Assembly (NCBI GenBank): GCA_963840095.1
Contig: CAWIXN010000005.1
Span: forward strand, 819,042 to 883,041
Direction: 5' to 3'
DNA from: an uncultured Actinomycetota bacterium
GTDB lineage: Bacteria; Actinomycetota; Actinomycetes; Streptosporangiales; Streptosporangiaceae
Length of the DNA stretch: 64,000 bases
Below, one piece after another: positions 37,026 through 48,221 of the stretch. The first letter of the stretch is position 1, and each line of letters opens with the position of its first letter. The notes under the pieces were generated by a model. That model worked only from the letters and a program-made list of their open reading frames with translations, did not search any database and had not been told where the DNA came from. The translations under genes were made by a program, and so were the position numbers.

Positions 37026-37794
37026 AGTCCTCCGACCTGAGGCAGCGGATCTGTTCTTCCAGGGCCACCCGGAGGCTCTCCTCGGGGCCGCGGAACCACG
37101 CGGCGTCGATCGCCCGCCTCGCCCCCCGCACCGCGATGGGCGGCTGGGCGGCCAGACGCGCGGCCAGCTCGGCCGTGGCGGCGTCGAGGTTCGCTCCGGC
37201 GACCACCCGGTTGGCCAGCCCGATCCGCATGGCCTCGTCGGCGTCGATGACGTCGCCGAGCAGGATCAGCTCCCGGGCCCGGCTCTCGCCGACGATCCGG
37301 GGCAGCCGGACGGTGGCCCCCATGTCGGGCAGCAGCCCGTAGCGGGTCTCGGTCAGGCCCACCTTGGTGCCCTCCGCGAAGATGCGGAAATCGCACGCCA
37401 GGGCCAGCTGCAGCCCGGCGCCGTAGGCGTGGCCGCGCACGGCGGCGATGCTGGCGCAGCCGAGGTCGGTGATCCAGCTGAAGGTGTGCACCAGGGTCAG
37501 GCCCGCGGCCATGGTGTCCTCGTCAGGCCGCCCCGCCGCGTCGGCCAGCAGCCCGGCCATGCCCTCGACCAGGTCGATGCCGGCCGAGAAGGCCGGCCCC
37601 TCCCCCGTTACCACCAGGCACCGGAGGGTCTCGTCGGGCCGCAGCTCGGCCCCGAGCCGGGCTAGCTCCTCCCACATCAGCGGGTTCTGAGCGTTGCGCT
37701 TGCCGGGACGGGCCAGGGTCAGGGTGCCAATGTCCCCATGGCGCTCGTACCGAATGGTCTGGTAGCCGCTCATGCGCTGGTCAGCCGCCTTCAT
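36967..37794 (-). CDS. Enoyl-CoA hydratase/isomerase (crotonase) family protein
   Basis: LVVTGEGPAFSAGIDL and AAVRGHAYGAGLQLALACD are the oxyanion-hole motifs. Confidence 0.85.
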   Translation of the reverse strand: MKAADQRMSGYQTIRYERHGDIGTLTLARPGKRNAQNPLMWEELARLGAELRPDETLRCLVVTGEGPAFSAGIDLVEGMAGLLADAAGRPDEDTMAAGLTLVHTFSWITDLGCASIAAVRGHAYGAGLQLALACDFRIFAEGTKVGLTETRYGLLPDMGATVRLPRIVGESRARELILLGDVIDADEAMRIGLANRVVAGANLDAATAELAARLAAQPPIAVRGARRAIDAAWFRGPEESLRVALEEQIRCLRSEDFRQARQAMAEGRSPQWRGR

Positions 37795-37805
37795 CCAGCC
37801 TGGGA

Positions 37806-39194
<1,389 letters not shown>

Positions 39195-39355
39195 CAAGTA
39201 TCTCCATCCGGCTGGCGGTCGGCGGCTTGCGGGACGCGCGCAAACCCGGTTTCCGGGGCGCGGTTTCCTGCCAGCTTAGCGCCGGCCGCCCGGCCTGGAC
39301 GCCAGCTCACATTACCCGGGTCAGCACACCCAAAAGCTGGCCGTCGTCAGGACAG

Positions 39356-39383
39356 CTTGACGTCAAGGGCGCCTGACGTCAGG
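39356..39383. promoter_or_regulatory. Two adjacent 12-bp perfect palindromes, CTTGACGTCAAG and CCTGACGTCAGG
   Basis: Read directly; the centres are 16 bp apart. They lie in the divergent intergenic region between glyQS and the small membrane protein gene. Confidence 0.35.
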
Positions 39384-39542
39384 CCGCCTGGGACCGGGGA
39401 GGCGGTCAGCATCGAGGTCAGCTGGCCGCCCATGACACCCGTCGAAGCGAGCCGCACTTGTCGACAGGCCGTATCTTTGCGTACAGAAAGTCCATCGCGA
39501 GCGACGGCCCGCCTGGCCGGCTGGCCTGGGAGGAACATCAGC

Positions 39543-39896
39543 GTGAGCAGCAACCGGTCCGGGCCGCCCCGGCGGCGGCCGATACCGCCGGGCCAGGCCA
39601 TGTACACGCCCGGCGCGTCGCCGACCCGGCGCTCGGTGGAGAAGACCAGCGCCGCTCCGCTGGTCTTCTTGCACCGGCTGCCCGTCTGGCTACCGCCGCT
39701 GGTGACTGTCGGGCTGCTGATCGCGGGCCTGGCGGTCCGGGGCCCGGTGGGCGCGGTGGCGCTGTGCCTGCTGGCCGGGCTGCTCGGGTGGCTGGCGTTC
39801 GCGTCCTGGCCGGCCGCGAGCAGCCAGGGCCGGATCGGCCGCGTGCTGGCGATTGCCTGCATCTTCGCGATCGCGGGCTGGCAGGCCAGCCGGTAG
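39543..39896 (+). CDS. Small two-helix membrane protein (DUF6703-like)
   Basis: This is the 3' part of the otherwise antisense ORF 38013..39896: ...PGASPTRRSVEKTSAAPLVFLHRLPVWLPPLVTVGLLIAGL...FAIAGWQASR. The start (GTG 39543 or ATG 39600) is uncertain. Confidence 0.45.
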   Translation: MSSNRSGPPRRRPIPPGQAMYTPGASPTRRSVEKTSAAPLVFLHRLPVWLPPLVTVGLLIAGLAVRGPVGAVALCLLAGLLGWLAFASWPAASSQGRIGRVLAIACIFAIAGWQASR

Positions 39897-39929
39897 CGCG
39901 GACAATCACCGGCCCCCGGCCCGGCCCGC

Positions 39930-40712
39930 TCAGGGCAGCGGGTTCGGTTCCGCGCCGCCGTACCTGCGATCCCTGCTCGCGTAGATCTCGCAGGCATGCC
40001 ACAGGTGCCTGCGGTCGAAATCAGGGAACAGCGTGTCAAGGAACACGAACTCGGCGTAGGCGGACTGCCAGATCAGGAAGTTCGAGGTCCGCTGCTCCCC
40101 CGAGGACCTGATGAACAAGTCCACGTCGGGAATGCCCGGCTCGTCCAGGTAGCGGGCGAAAACCTTCTCGTCGACCTTGTCGGCCCGCAGCTTGCCCGCG
40201 GCCACGTCAGCGGCGATGGCCGCCGCGGCGTCGGCGATCTCCGCCCGGCCGCCGTAGTTGACGCAGAACTGCAAGGTCAGCACCGAGTTGCCGGCCGTCA
40301 GCTGCTCCGCGTCCTCAAGCTCATTGATAACGCTCCGCCACAGCCGGGGCCGCCGGCCCGCCCAGCGGACCCGCACGCCCATCTCGTTCAGCTGGTCGCG
40401 GCGCCGCCGGATCACGTCCCGGTTGAAGCCCATCAGGAACCTGACCTCATCCGGCGAGCGCCGCCAGTTCTCGGTGGAGAACGCGTACGCCGACAGGTAC
40501 GGGACACCCAGCTCGATCGCGCCCATGATCACGTCGAAGAGCGAGTTCTCGCCCCGCTTGTGCCCCTCGGTCCTGGGCAGGCCGCGCTGCCTGGCCCAGC
40601 GGCCATTACCGTCCATGACCAGGGCCACATGGCGGGGCAGGAACTCGGCCGGGATGGCGGGCGGGCGCGCCCCGCCCGGATGCGGATACGGCGGCCGTAC
40701 GCCCGAGGTCAC
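39930..40712 (-). CDS. uppS: Isoprenyl transferase / undecaprenyl-diphosphate synthase family
   Basis: [24 protein letters not shown] and [25 protein letters not shown] are present. The GTG start overlaps the recO stop (GTGA). Confidence 0.92.
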   Translation of the reverse strand: MTSGVRPPYPHPGGARPPAIPAEFLPRHVALVMDGNGRWARQRGLPRTEGHKRGENSLFDVIMGAIELGVPYLSAYAFSTENWRRSPDEVRFLMGFNRDVIRRRRDQLNEMGVRVRWAGRRPRLWRSVINELEDAEQLTAGNSVLTLQFCVNYGGRAEIADAAAAIAADVAAGKLRADKVDEKVFARYLDEPGIPDVDLFIRSSGEQRTSNFLIWQSAYAEFVFLDTLFPDFDRRHLWHACEIYASRDRRYGGAEPNPLP

Positions 40713-41494
40713 ACGTGCTCCACGTGACGCAGTGAGCGGAGCGAGCGCTCCAGGTGCCATTGCAGGTAGGCGGCGACCAGGCCGCTGCACTCGACCCGGT
40801 GCCGGTGCTCGCTGGCGTCCGCGTACGCCCAGTCGCCGCGCAGCAGCGCGCTCATCAGGCTGACGGTGCGCACTGATGGGTTGGCCGCCCCTGGTGCCCG
40901 GCACGACCGGCAGACCAGGCCGCCGGCACCGATCGCGAACGCGCGGAACACCCCGGCCGCCGCGGCGGTGGCCTGCGGACCCGGGCGGTCACCGGACGGA
41001 TCAGGGGCGCGGGTCCCGCAGACCGCGCATTCATCGAGGGCCGGCGCGTAGCCGGCCACCGCCAGCGACCTGAGCAGGTACGCGTCGAGCACCAGCCGCG
41101 GGTCATGCTGGCCCTCGCCGAGCGCCCGGAGCCCGCCCACGAGCAGCAGGAACTGCCTGATCGCCGGTTCTTTCTCGATCGGGGTGAACTTCTCCGCCGT
41201 CTCCAGCATCGCGGTACCTGTCGTGTACCGCGGGTAGTCGCCAGCCAGCGGACCACCGTACGCCCGCACCGTCTCCGCCTGCGTGATCACATCAAGCGAC
41301 CGGCCCGTATAGAGCTGAAGATCAACATGGGTGAACGGCTCCAGGCGTCCGCCGAACCTGGACTTCGTGCGGCGCACCCCCTTGGCCACCGCACGGACCC
41401 GGCCGGACCGCTTGGCGAGCAAGGTCACGATGCGATCGGCCTCGCCCAGCTTCTGGGTACGCAGCACGATGCCGTCGTCCCGGTAGCTGCCCAT
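40709..41494 (-). CDS. recO: DNA repair protein RecO
   Basis: [39 protein letters not shown] is present. A Zn-finger-like segment C..C...CRSC also occurs. Confidence 0.9.
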   Translation of the reverse strand: MGSYRDDGIVLRTQKLGEADRIVTLLAKRSGRVRAVAKGVRRTKSRFGGRLEPFTHVDLQLYTGRSLDVITQAETVRAYGGPLAGDYPRYTTGTAMLETAEKFTPIEKEPAIRQFLLLVGGLRALGEGQHDPRLVLDAYLLRSLAVAGYAPALDECAVCGTRAPDPSGDRPGPQATAAAAGVFRAFAIGAGGLVCRSCRAPGAANPSVRTVSLMSALLRGDWAYADASEHRHRVECSGLVAAYLQWHLERSLRSLRHVEHV

Positions 41495-41545
41495 CCAGTC
41501 ATTGTCGCGCATAGCCGGGCATCTTTCAGGCAGGACGTGGCCGCC

Positions 41546-42172
41546 TCAGTCCGACGGAGCGCCCTGCTCGGTCATCGTGATGACATCACGTGCGCGGGCC
41601 GGCCCGATGCCAAGCTGCGCCCCGATCTGGAGCGCCGCCGTCCGCTGCTGCTGGGTCAGCGGACCGCCCGCCAGCCCGATCCGGACCACATCAGCCAGGA
41701 GCCACCAGCGTGCCTGGTCGACAAGTTGCCCGGCTAGCCCGTTCAGCAGCCCGGCCATTTCCTGGGTCGGCCGGCCCTGGCAGGCGAGATCGGCCTCGAG
41801 CGCCGTGTCGTCGTAACCGGTCAGGCCGGCCTCCCTGATCACCTCGACGGCCCGGTGCCGCGCCGAGACGCAGCGGGGATCGCCGGCCCGGAGCATGGCC
41901 ACCGCCGCGGCCTGCGTTCCGGCCGGAAGCGCCACCTGCATCTGGGCCACCGTGGGCAGCGCCAGCAGGTCCAGGCGGTACCGGGTGCCGCAGACCGTGC
42001 ACTGGAGATGGTCAGGTGCCTTCCCCACCGGCACCACTGGCACTAGCAGCAACGTCAGCCAGCGCCGACCCGAGAGCCGCCGGTACGCACGGTCACCGCC
42101 GCAGCGCTCACAGTGGCAGCTGCCATGCCCGGTGGTCGAGAAAAAGAACCGCTGTCCGAGGATGACGCGCAA
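41546..42172 (-). CDS. Zinc-ribbon + TerB-like helical domain protein (hypothetical)
   Basis: CxxC...CxxC (CHCERCGG...CTVCG) followed by a helical domain. TTG start with GGAGGG 8 nt upstream. Its position between era and recO is conserved in actinomycetes (from memory). Confidence 0.55.
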   Translation of the reverse strand: MRVILGQRFFFSTTGHGSCHCERCGGDRAYRRLSGRRWLTLLLVPVVPVGKAPDHLQCTVCGTRYRLDLLALPTVAQMQVALPAGTQAAAVAMLRAGDPRCVSARHRAVEVIREAGLTGYDDTALEADLACQGRPTQEMAGLLNGLAGQLVDQARWWLLADVVRIGLAGGPLTQQQRTAALQIGAQLGIGPARARDVITMTEQGAPSD

Positions 42173-42445
42173 ACCCGACTTCCCTCCAGCCGCTCCAGCG
42201 GGTAATCATGCCGTTCAGAGCCAACAGAGCCAGCAGATCATCACATGGATCGACCTGCTCAATAGGAGGGTTAGGCATAATTTTACTGAATTCCTAGTAA
42301 TTCCGACGAGTGGCTCGTAACCACCCGGACGGCTCAGGACCGCCTAGAACCCCCGGATGCCCCAGGATTAACCAGTCGCGCCCCAGCGCCGACTCGCCGG
42401 CTCGGGCTCGGCGTGCGTGCGGCGGCCGGCCAGCCATAGCGCCGG

Positions 42446-43393
42446 TCAGTCGTAGAAGCCGAGGCGCCGCAGCTGCTTAGGATCCCGCTGCCAGTCCTTG
42501 GCGATCTTGATCCGCAGGTCCAGGTAGACCCGGGTGCCAAGGAGCGCCTCGATCTGGCGCCGGGCCCTGGATCCGACCTCCTTCAGCCGGGCCCCCTTGG
42601 CCCCGATCACGATCGCCTTCTGGCTCGGCCGTTCCACGTACATGATCGCGTGTACGTCAATGAGGTCGTCGCGGCCTGCCCTGGGCGCCATCTCCTCGAC
42701 CACGACCGCGATGGAGTGCGGGAGCTCGTCGCGCACGCCCTCCAGGATCGCCTCTCTGATCAGCTCGGCCACCAGCCGCTGCTCGGGCTCGTCGGTCTCG
42801 GCACCGTCCGGGTACAGCGGGCGGCCCTCGGGGAGCCTGGACACCAGCACATCGACGAGCACGTCCAGCTGAAACCCGGATACCGCCGACACGGGCACCA
42901 CGTCCGCCCACTCCCCGAGCTGGCCCACCGCGGCGAGCTGCGCGGCAATCTGCTGATGCGACGCCTGATCCGTCTTGGTGACGATGGCGACCGCCGGCGT
43001 CTTGGCTATCGCCGCCAGCTCACCAGCCAGGTACTTGTCACCCGGCCCGATCCGGTCGGTCGCGGGCAGGCAGAACCCGATGACGTCCACCTCAGCCAGG
43101 GTCGCGCGCACCAGGCTGTCGAGGCGCTCGCCGAGCAGGGTGCGCGGCCGGTGCAAGCCCGGGGTGTCGACGATGATCAGCTGAGCGTCCGGCCGGTGCA
43201 CGATCCCGCGGATCGCCCGGCGGGTGGTCTGCGGCCGGCTGCTCGTGATCGCCACCTTGGCGCCGACCAGCGCGTTCATCAGGGTCGACTTGCCGACGTT
43301 GGGCCGGCCGACAAAGCAGGCAAAGCCAGACCTGAACGCGGCGGGCCCAGGCCCGGGCGAGCGCTCCCGCGAGGGTGTGTGCGGCGATCCCAC
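42446..43393 (-). CDS. era: GTPase Era
   Basis: GRPNVGKSTL (G1), DTPG (G3), TKTD (G4) and a C-terminal KH domain (VERPSQKAIVIGAKG) are present. Start set at GTG 43393 after AGGAGA. Confidence 0.93.
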   Translation of the reverse strand: MGSPHTPSRERSPGPGPAAFRSGFACFVGRPNVGKSTLMNALVGAKVAITSSRPQTTRRAIRGIVHRPDAQLIIVDTPGLHRPRTLLGERLDSLVRATLAEVDVIGFCLPATDRIGPGDKYLAGELAAIAKTPAVAIVTKTDQASHQQIAAQLAAVGQLGEWADVVPVSAVSGFQLDVLVDVLVSRLPEGRPLYPDGAETDEPEQRLVAELIREAILEGVRDELPHSIAVVVEEMAPRAGRDDLIDVHAIMYVERPSQKAIVIGAKGARLKEVGSRARRQIEALLGTRVYLDLRIKIAKDWQRDPKQLRRLGFYD

Positions 43394-43425
43394 CTCGCGA
43401 TTGTCTCCTACCAGGGCGAGCCGGC

Positions 43426-44289
43426 CTAACTGGCGCCAGCGGCGTCCCCCGGACCGGGCGCGGCAGTGGCATCGTCCCGGCCAGCGGCGGCGGCGGCGCG
43501 GCGGGTGCGCGGCGGCACGACGAGCGCGGCCAGCGCCAGGCCGACCAGCACGACCCCGGCGGCAGCGGTCGGCGTCAGCCGCTCGCCGAGAACGATGAGC
43601 GCGAGCAGTGCCGCCACCACCGGCTCGGCCAGGCCCAGGGTAACGGCCACCGGGACCGGGACGGTACGCAGCGCGCGCGCGTACAGCAGGTAGGCGACCG
43701 CGGTGGTGACCACGCCCAGGTACCCGGCCACCGCGAGCCCGCGGGCGGTCAGCAGCCAGCCAGGCGAGCTGGCCAGCAGCACCGGCATCAGCAGCACCGC
43801 CCCGCCGCCGAACAGGGCGGCCATCACCGCGCGATCCCCGGTGCCGCCGCGGATCAGCCGGGCCGCGCAGATCGCGTAGACGGCATAACAGAGCCCGGCG
43901 GTCACCGCCAGGCCCAGGCCGGGCAGGTTGACGCCGGCCGCGCGGCCGCCGGTGATGAGCACCGCGCAGCCGGCCACCGCCCCGGCCGTGGCGGCCATCC
44001 ACCGCCCGCGCAGCGGCGGCCCGCCCGTGAGCCTGCTGATCAGGCCGGTGAGGACCGGCGCGCTCCCGATCGCGGCCACCGTGCCGATGGCCACACCGGT
44101 GAGGTGCACGGCGGAGAAGAAGCTGAGCTGGTAGCCGCCGACGCTGACCGCGGCGAGAATCAGGCCAGCCCGTCGGGCCCCGGGCGCGGCCAGCAGCGCC
44201 CGCAGCTCGCCCCGCGGCCCGCGAGCACCGGCCGCCAGGGCCAGCAGGAGCAATCCGCCGATCACGATCCGCGCGGCCCCGACCGACAC
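43426..44289 (-). CDS. EamA/DMT-family transporter
   Basis: About ten hydrophobic helices in a duplicated EamA pattern. The reading frame stays open and EamA-like (AVLLAATAWGSTGTAAHFAP) up to about 44390, without a canonical start codon. Confidence 0.7.
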   Translation of the reverse strand: MSVGAARIVIGGLLLLALAAGARGPRGELRALLAAPGARRAGLILAAVSVGGYQLSFFSAVHLTGVAIGTVAAIGSAPVLTGLISRLTGGPPLRGRWMAATAGAVAGCAVLITGGRAAGVNLPGLGLAVTAGLCYAVYAICAARLIRGGTGDRAVMAALFGGGAVLLMPVLLASSPGWLLTARGLAVAGYLGVVTTAVAYLLYARALRTVPVPVAVTLGLAEPVVAALLALIVLGERLTPTAAAGVVLVGLALAALVVPPRTRRAAAAAGRDDATAAPGPGDAAGAS

Positions 44290-44393
44290 CGGGGCCGCGT
44301 CGTGCGGCGCGAAATGCGCTGCGGTGCCTGTGCTGCCCCACGCCGTGGCGGCCAGCAGGACGGCGGCGGGCCCGCCCGCGCGGGCTAGCGTGC

Positions 44394-44753
44394 TCAGGGC
44401 TGCAGCGTCGCGCGCAACGTGCCGTCTGGCGCCACGTGGAACACGACCGCGTCCGGGGCCAGGTCACGGACAGCAGCCAGATCACCCGGGTCGGGCCCGT
44501 CCGACTCGCTGATCAGCGCCGCTGCCTCCAGGCCGACCGCACCGCTCGATACGGCCATCGCGACCGCCAGCTGCAGCGCGGACAGCCGCAGCGAAGGGAG
44601 CGATATAGCTGCGGCGGCGTAGGTCCGGCCGGTCTCATCCCGGACGGCAGCGCCCTCGGCAGCGGTCACCCGCGCACGGGCCGCGCGGGCTAGCGCGATG
44701 ATCTTCAGATCTTCCTGGCCGGGCTGGGCCTCGCCGGGCTGGGCCTTGCTCAC
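44394..44753 (-). CDS. Cytidine deaminase-like fold protein (likely non-catalytic)
   Basis: 119 aa with ...RTYAAAAISLPSLRLSALQLAVAMAVSSG.... It holds the conserved position between corC and era. No clear CxxC/HxE zinc motif is visible. Confidence 0.55.
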   Translation of the reverse strand: MSKAQPGEAQPGQEDLKIIALARAARARVTAAEGAAVRDETGRTYAAAAISLPSLRLSALQLAVAMAVSSGAVGLEAAALISESDGPDPGDLAAVRDLAPDAVVFHVAPDGTLRATLQP

Positions 44754-46090
44754 GCGCCTGAGTGTAATGCGCCGCCGAGCTGCCCGTTGCCGGGCGGCGC
44801 GGTGCGCTCAACGGTCACCGTCCCGATCCGGTTGCGCCGGCCGGCCAGGCTCTCGGCGGTCAGCCGCAGCCCGGCCACCGTAGCGACCGAGCCGGCGATC
44901 GGGACCTTGCCCAGCTGCTGGGCCAGCAGCCCGCCCACCGTCTCCACGTCCTCCGCCTCGATCGCGACACCGAACAGCTCCGCGAGTTCCTCGACCGGCA
45001 GCCGCGCGGTCACCCGGGCCCGGTTCTCGTCAAGCCATTCCACCGGAGGCTGTTCCTTGTCGTACTCGTCGGCGATCTCTCCGACGATCTCCTCAAGGAT
45101 GTCCTCGATCGTGACCAGCCCGGCGGTGCCGCCGTATTCGTCGATCACGATGGCCAGGTGAATCTGGAGGCCCTGCATCTCCCTGAGCAGCTCGTCAATC
45201 GGCTTGCTCTCCGGGACGAAGGTCGCGGGCCGCATGATCGAGGAGACCTTCTCGACCGACTCTACTTCAGGGTGCTCGTGACTGCGCGTGACGATATCTT
45301 TCAGGTAAGCAATGCCGACGACATCGTCCAGGTTCTCGCCGACGACCGGGATCCGCGAGAAGCCGCTGCGCAGGGCGAGCGACAGCGCCTGGCGCAGCGT
45401 TTTGCCTCGCTCAACGAACACCATGTCGGTCCGGGGCACCATCACCTCCCTGACGATGGTGTCGCCGAGCTCGAACACTGAGTGGATCATCGCCCGCTCG
45501 TCCGGCTGGATGATCCGGCGCTGCTCCAGCAGATCGACAAGCCCGCGCAGTTCCTCCTCGGACCCTGACGGCCCGTCCCGTGGCCCGCCGGTGCGGCCGA
45601 GCAGACCCCCGGCGGCCAGCAGGAGGCCGGGAATCGGCCCGAGGAGCCGGACAACGGGCCGCAAAACGGATGAAGCGGCGCTGGCCACTCGCACCGGGTT
45701 ACGCCGTCCGATGGCACGCGGCACGATCCCGGCCACCACGTAGATCAGGATGGTCATGCAGACGGCGGTCACGGCAAAAGCGCGCCAGCCGGGCCCTATC
45801 CAGTGCAGGAGGACCACCGTCACCAGCACGGTCGCGCTGACCTCAGCGGCCACTCTGCCGAGCAGCAGGACAAATAGGTAGCGCGGCACCTCGGCCAGCA
45901 CGGTCTGCAAGGGTGTCCGGGCGGAATTCACCGCCCGGGCTAGCTCCTTGGCCCCGGCCCTGGACACCCGCACCAGGGCGTCCGCCGCGCCTGCGCACCA
46001 GCCGGCCAGCAGCGTCAGCGCGAGCGCGACCGCGAGCAGCCAGCCCATCGACGTCTCACCCTGGCCCTTCCGGCCCGTCCGGGCCGCCAT
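44750..46090 (-). CDS. Hemolysin/CorC family protein (CNNM/DUF21 TM domain + CBS pair + CorC_HlyC)
   Basis: Four N-terminal TM helices, the CBS region [12 protein letters not shown]...[19 protein letters not shown], and the C-terminal part [29 protein letters not shown]. Confidence 0.9.
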   Translation of the reverse strand: MAARTGRKGQGETSMGWLLAVALALTLLAGWCAGAADALVRVSRAGAKELARAVNSARTPLQTVLAEVPRYLFVLLLGRVAAEVSATVLVTVVLLHWIGPGWRAFAVTAVCMTILIYVVAGIVPRAIGRRNPVRVASAASSVLRPVVRLLGPIPGLLLAAGGLLGRTGGPRDGPSGSEEELRGLVDLLEQRRIIQPDERAMIHSVFELGDTIVREVMVPRTDMVFVERGKTLRQALSLALRSGFSRIPVVGENLDDVVGIAYLKDIVTRSHEHPEVESVEKVSSIMRPATFVPESKPIDELLREMQGLQIHLAIVIDEYGGTAGLVTIEDILEEIVGEIADEYDKEQPPVEWLDENRARVTARLPVEELAELFGVAIEAEDVETVGGLLAQQLGKVPIAGSVATVAGLRLTAESLAGRRNRIGTVTVERTAPPGNGQLGGALHSGA

Positions 46091-46580
46091 CGGCCGCCCG
46101 CTCAGAATGCCAGGAAGCTAGCAGCCGGTCCTGCAGGCCGAACATCGTGGCATGCTCGTCGGGATCGGCATGGTCATATCCGAGCAGGTGCAGGATGCCG
46201 TGCGTGCAGAGCAGGTCGAGCTCGTCGGCCATCAGGTGTCCCGCCTGCGCCGCCTGTCCGGCCGCGACCTGCGGGCACAGCACCACATCGCCGAGTAGGC
46301 CCGGGATCTCGGCCGGGTCGGCAGCGCCGCCATGCTCGCTGTTGCTGCCGCCAGGGGGTGGCAGCCGTAGCTCATCCATGGGGAACGCCAGCACATCGGT
46401 AGGACCTGGCTCGCCCATCCACCGCTGATGCAGCTCGGCCATCGCCGCCGGATCGACGAGCAGGATCGACAGCTCGGCCAGCGGGTGCACGCGCAGCTCA
46501 TCCAGGACATGCCTGGCCAGGGCAGCCAGCTCAGGCTCGTCCACCTCCGCGCCCGACTCGTTGGCGATCTCGATGCTCAC
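46056..46580 (-). CDS. ybeY: rRNA maturation RNase YbeY
   Basis: [11 protein letters not shown] is the zinc-binding motif. It sits in the conserved position after phoH. Confidence 0.92.
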   Translation of the reverse strand: MSIEIANESGAEVDEPELAALARHVLDELRVHPLAELSILLVDPAAMAELHQRWMGEPGPTDVLAFPMDELRLPPPGGSNSEHGGAADPAEIPGLLGDVVLCPQVAAGQAAQAGHLMADELDLLCTHGILHLLGYDHADPDEHATMFGLQDRLLASWHSERAADGGPDGPEGPG

Positions 46581-46605
46581 GCCCGCCTCATCCGCTGCCC
46601 GGCCG

Positions 46606-47676
46606 TCAGCGGGACCGGTTGTCCGGCCGGCGGGACCGGCTGCCGGTCAGCCGCTGCTCCTGCGCCTGGGTCGCCTTGCGGCCCTCGTACCGCTCGTAGG
46701 CGTCCACGATGTCGGCCACCAGCTTGTGGCGTACCACGTCATGGCTGGTGAGCCTGGAGAAGTAGACATCCTCGACGCCATCCAGGATGTCCTGCACCAG
46801 GCGCAGGCCGCTCAGCTGGCCGGCCGGCAGGTCGACTTGCGTCACATCGCCGGTCACCACGATCCGTGACCCGAAGCCGAGCCTGGTCAGGAACATCTTC
46901 ATCTGCTCGGGCGAGGTGTTCTGGGCTTCGTCGAGGATAATGAACGAGTCGTTGAGGGTGCGGCCGCGCATGTAGGCAAGCGGCGCGATCTCGATCGTCC
47001 CGGCCGCGGTCAGCTTGGGGATGGTGTCCGGGTCCAGCATGTCGTGCAGGGCGTCGTAGAGCGGCCTGAGATAGGGGTCGATCTTCTCGAACAAGGTGCC
47101 CGGCAGGAAGCCGAGCCGCTCCCCCGCCTCCACGGCCGGCCGGGTCAGGATGATCCGGTTGACCTCCTTGGCCTGCAGCGCCTTCACCGCCTTGGCCATG
47201 GCCAGATAGGTCTTGCCCGTTCCGGCCGGCCCGATGGAGAAGACGATCGTGTGCTTGTCGATCGCGTCGACGTAGCGCTTCTGGTTCAGGGTCTTGGGCC
47301 GGATCGTCCGGCCCCGGGCCGACAGGATGTCGAGGGTCAGCACATCAGCGGGGCGCACGCGGCTCTTCCTCCTGAGCATGGCCACACTGCGCTCGACGGC
47401 GTCCGGGGTCAGCTCCGCGCCGCTCGCGACCAGCTGGGTGAGTTCCTCGAAAAGCCGCCCCACGAGCGCGGTTTCTTCCGGGGTGCCGGTCGCGGTGATC
47501 TCGTTGCCGCGGACGTGGATGTCCGCCTCGAACGCCTGCTCGACCACGGCGAGCAGTTCGTCCCTGGAACCCAGCAGGCTGACCATCGAGTGGTCATCCG
47601 GGATCACCATCTTCACCCTGGTGTGGCCATCCGGCGCCGTCGCGCCGTCGCGACTATGGCCAGGGTTATCTGTCAA
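46606..47676 (-). CDS. phoH: PhoH-like ATPase
   Basis: [11 protein letters not shown] (Walker A), ILDEAQN (Walker B) and [12 protein letters not shown] are present. Confidence 0.92.
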   Translation of the reverse strand: MTDNPGHSRDGATAPDGHTRVKMVIPDDHSMVSLLGSRDELLAVVEQAFEADIHVRGNEITATGTPEETALVGRLFEELTQLVASGAELTPDAVERSVAMLRRKSRVRPADVLTLDILSARGRTIRPKTLNQKRYVDAIDKHTIVFSIGPAGTGKTYLAMAKAVKALQAKEVNRIILTRPAVEAGERLGFLPGTLFEKIDPYLRPLYDALHDMLDPDTIPKLTAAGTIEIAPLAYMRGRTLNDSFIILDEAQNTSPEQMKMFLTRLGFGSRIVVTGDVTQVDLPAGQLSGLRLVQDILDGVEDVYFSRLTSHDVVRHKLVADIVDAYERYEGRKATQAQEQRLTGSRSRRPDNRSR

Positions 47677-47718
47677 CGGTCCTTCCCCGCGAGCGCGCGT
47701 GCCTTCATCGTCGTCATG

Positions 47719-47937
47719 TTACTCGCCGCCCTCATCCGGGCGGCCACTCCATCGCGCGGCCGCCCAGGACGTGGGCGTGCGCATGCTGCACGGTCTGACC
47801 CGGCCTTTCGGAATGACCAGCACATGCACCGGCGCCTGCGGGTTGATATCGCGGAACGCGACCGTACGGGCGCTCTCCAGCACCCGGGCCGCAGGAACCT
47901 GACCCGCGGCGATACCGCAAAATAGGCACTCCATCAC
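47719..47937 (-). pseudogene. HIT-family protein remnant (internal deletion plus frame change)
   Basis: Frame 1 gives MECLFCGIAAGQVPAARVLESARTVAFRDINPQAPVHVLVIPK. The C-terminal GQTVQHAHAHVLGGRAMEWPPG* (histidine triad) is in a different frame, immediately adjacent. About 50 central codons are missing. Confidence 0.7.
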
Positions 47938-48221
47938 GCAGCAGATCTTAACTTGTTACCTGCCGAGCCACCCGCCCGACATATATGGTTGCACTACTGC
48001 GAACCCCCGGCGCACCACCCCTGAGCGCACCGCCCACCCGACACCCGTGGGCCGCGCCCGGCGCGTTGCCCGGGCCGTAGCGGGCAATCCTGATCAGCGT
48101 GGACGGGCGTGGGGGCGGTGCGATCGTTGAGGCGAGCCAGCGCAGACAGTCTCGGGCGCGAAGACTCGCCATGACGACGAGCGAACGAAGACTCGGCATG
48201 ACACCGGGTGAACCCAGTGGG

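Noticed and set aside
39198-39542. T-box riboswitch upstream of glyQS.
   Set aside because: I could find neither a T-box sequence (AGGGTGGNACCGCG-like) nor a specifier-loop/terminator architecture on the minus strand. Only a small hairpin and the TGACGTCA palindromes are present.
43394-44485. N-terminal 364-codon extension of the era ORF (42446..44485).
   Set aside because: The extension is Arg/Gly/Pro-rich and overlaps the EamA transporter and cdd-like genes in another frame. Era motifs begin just after GTG 43393, which has its own RBS.
47844-47860. GATATCGCGGA inside the HIT remnant as another copy of the element loop core.
   Set aside because: It is an 11-nt match lying in the coding sequence for FRDI of the HIT N-terminus. 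It is explained by codons rather than by the repeat family.
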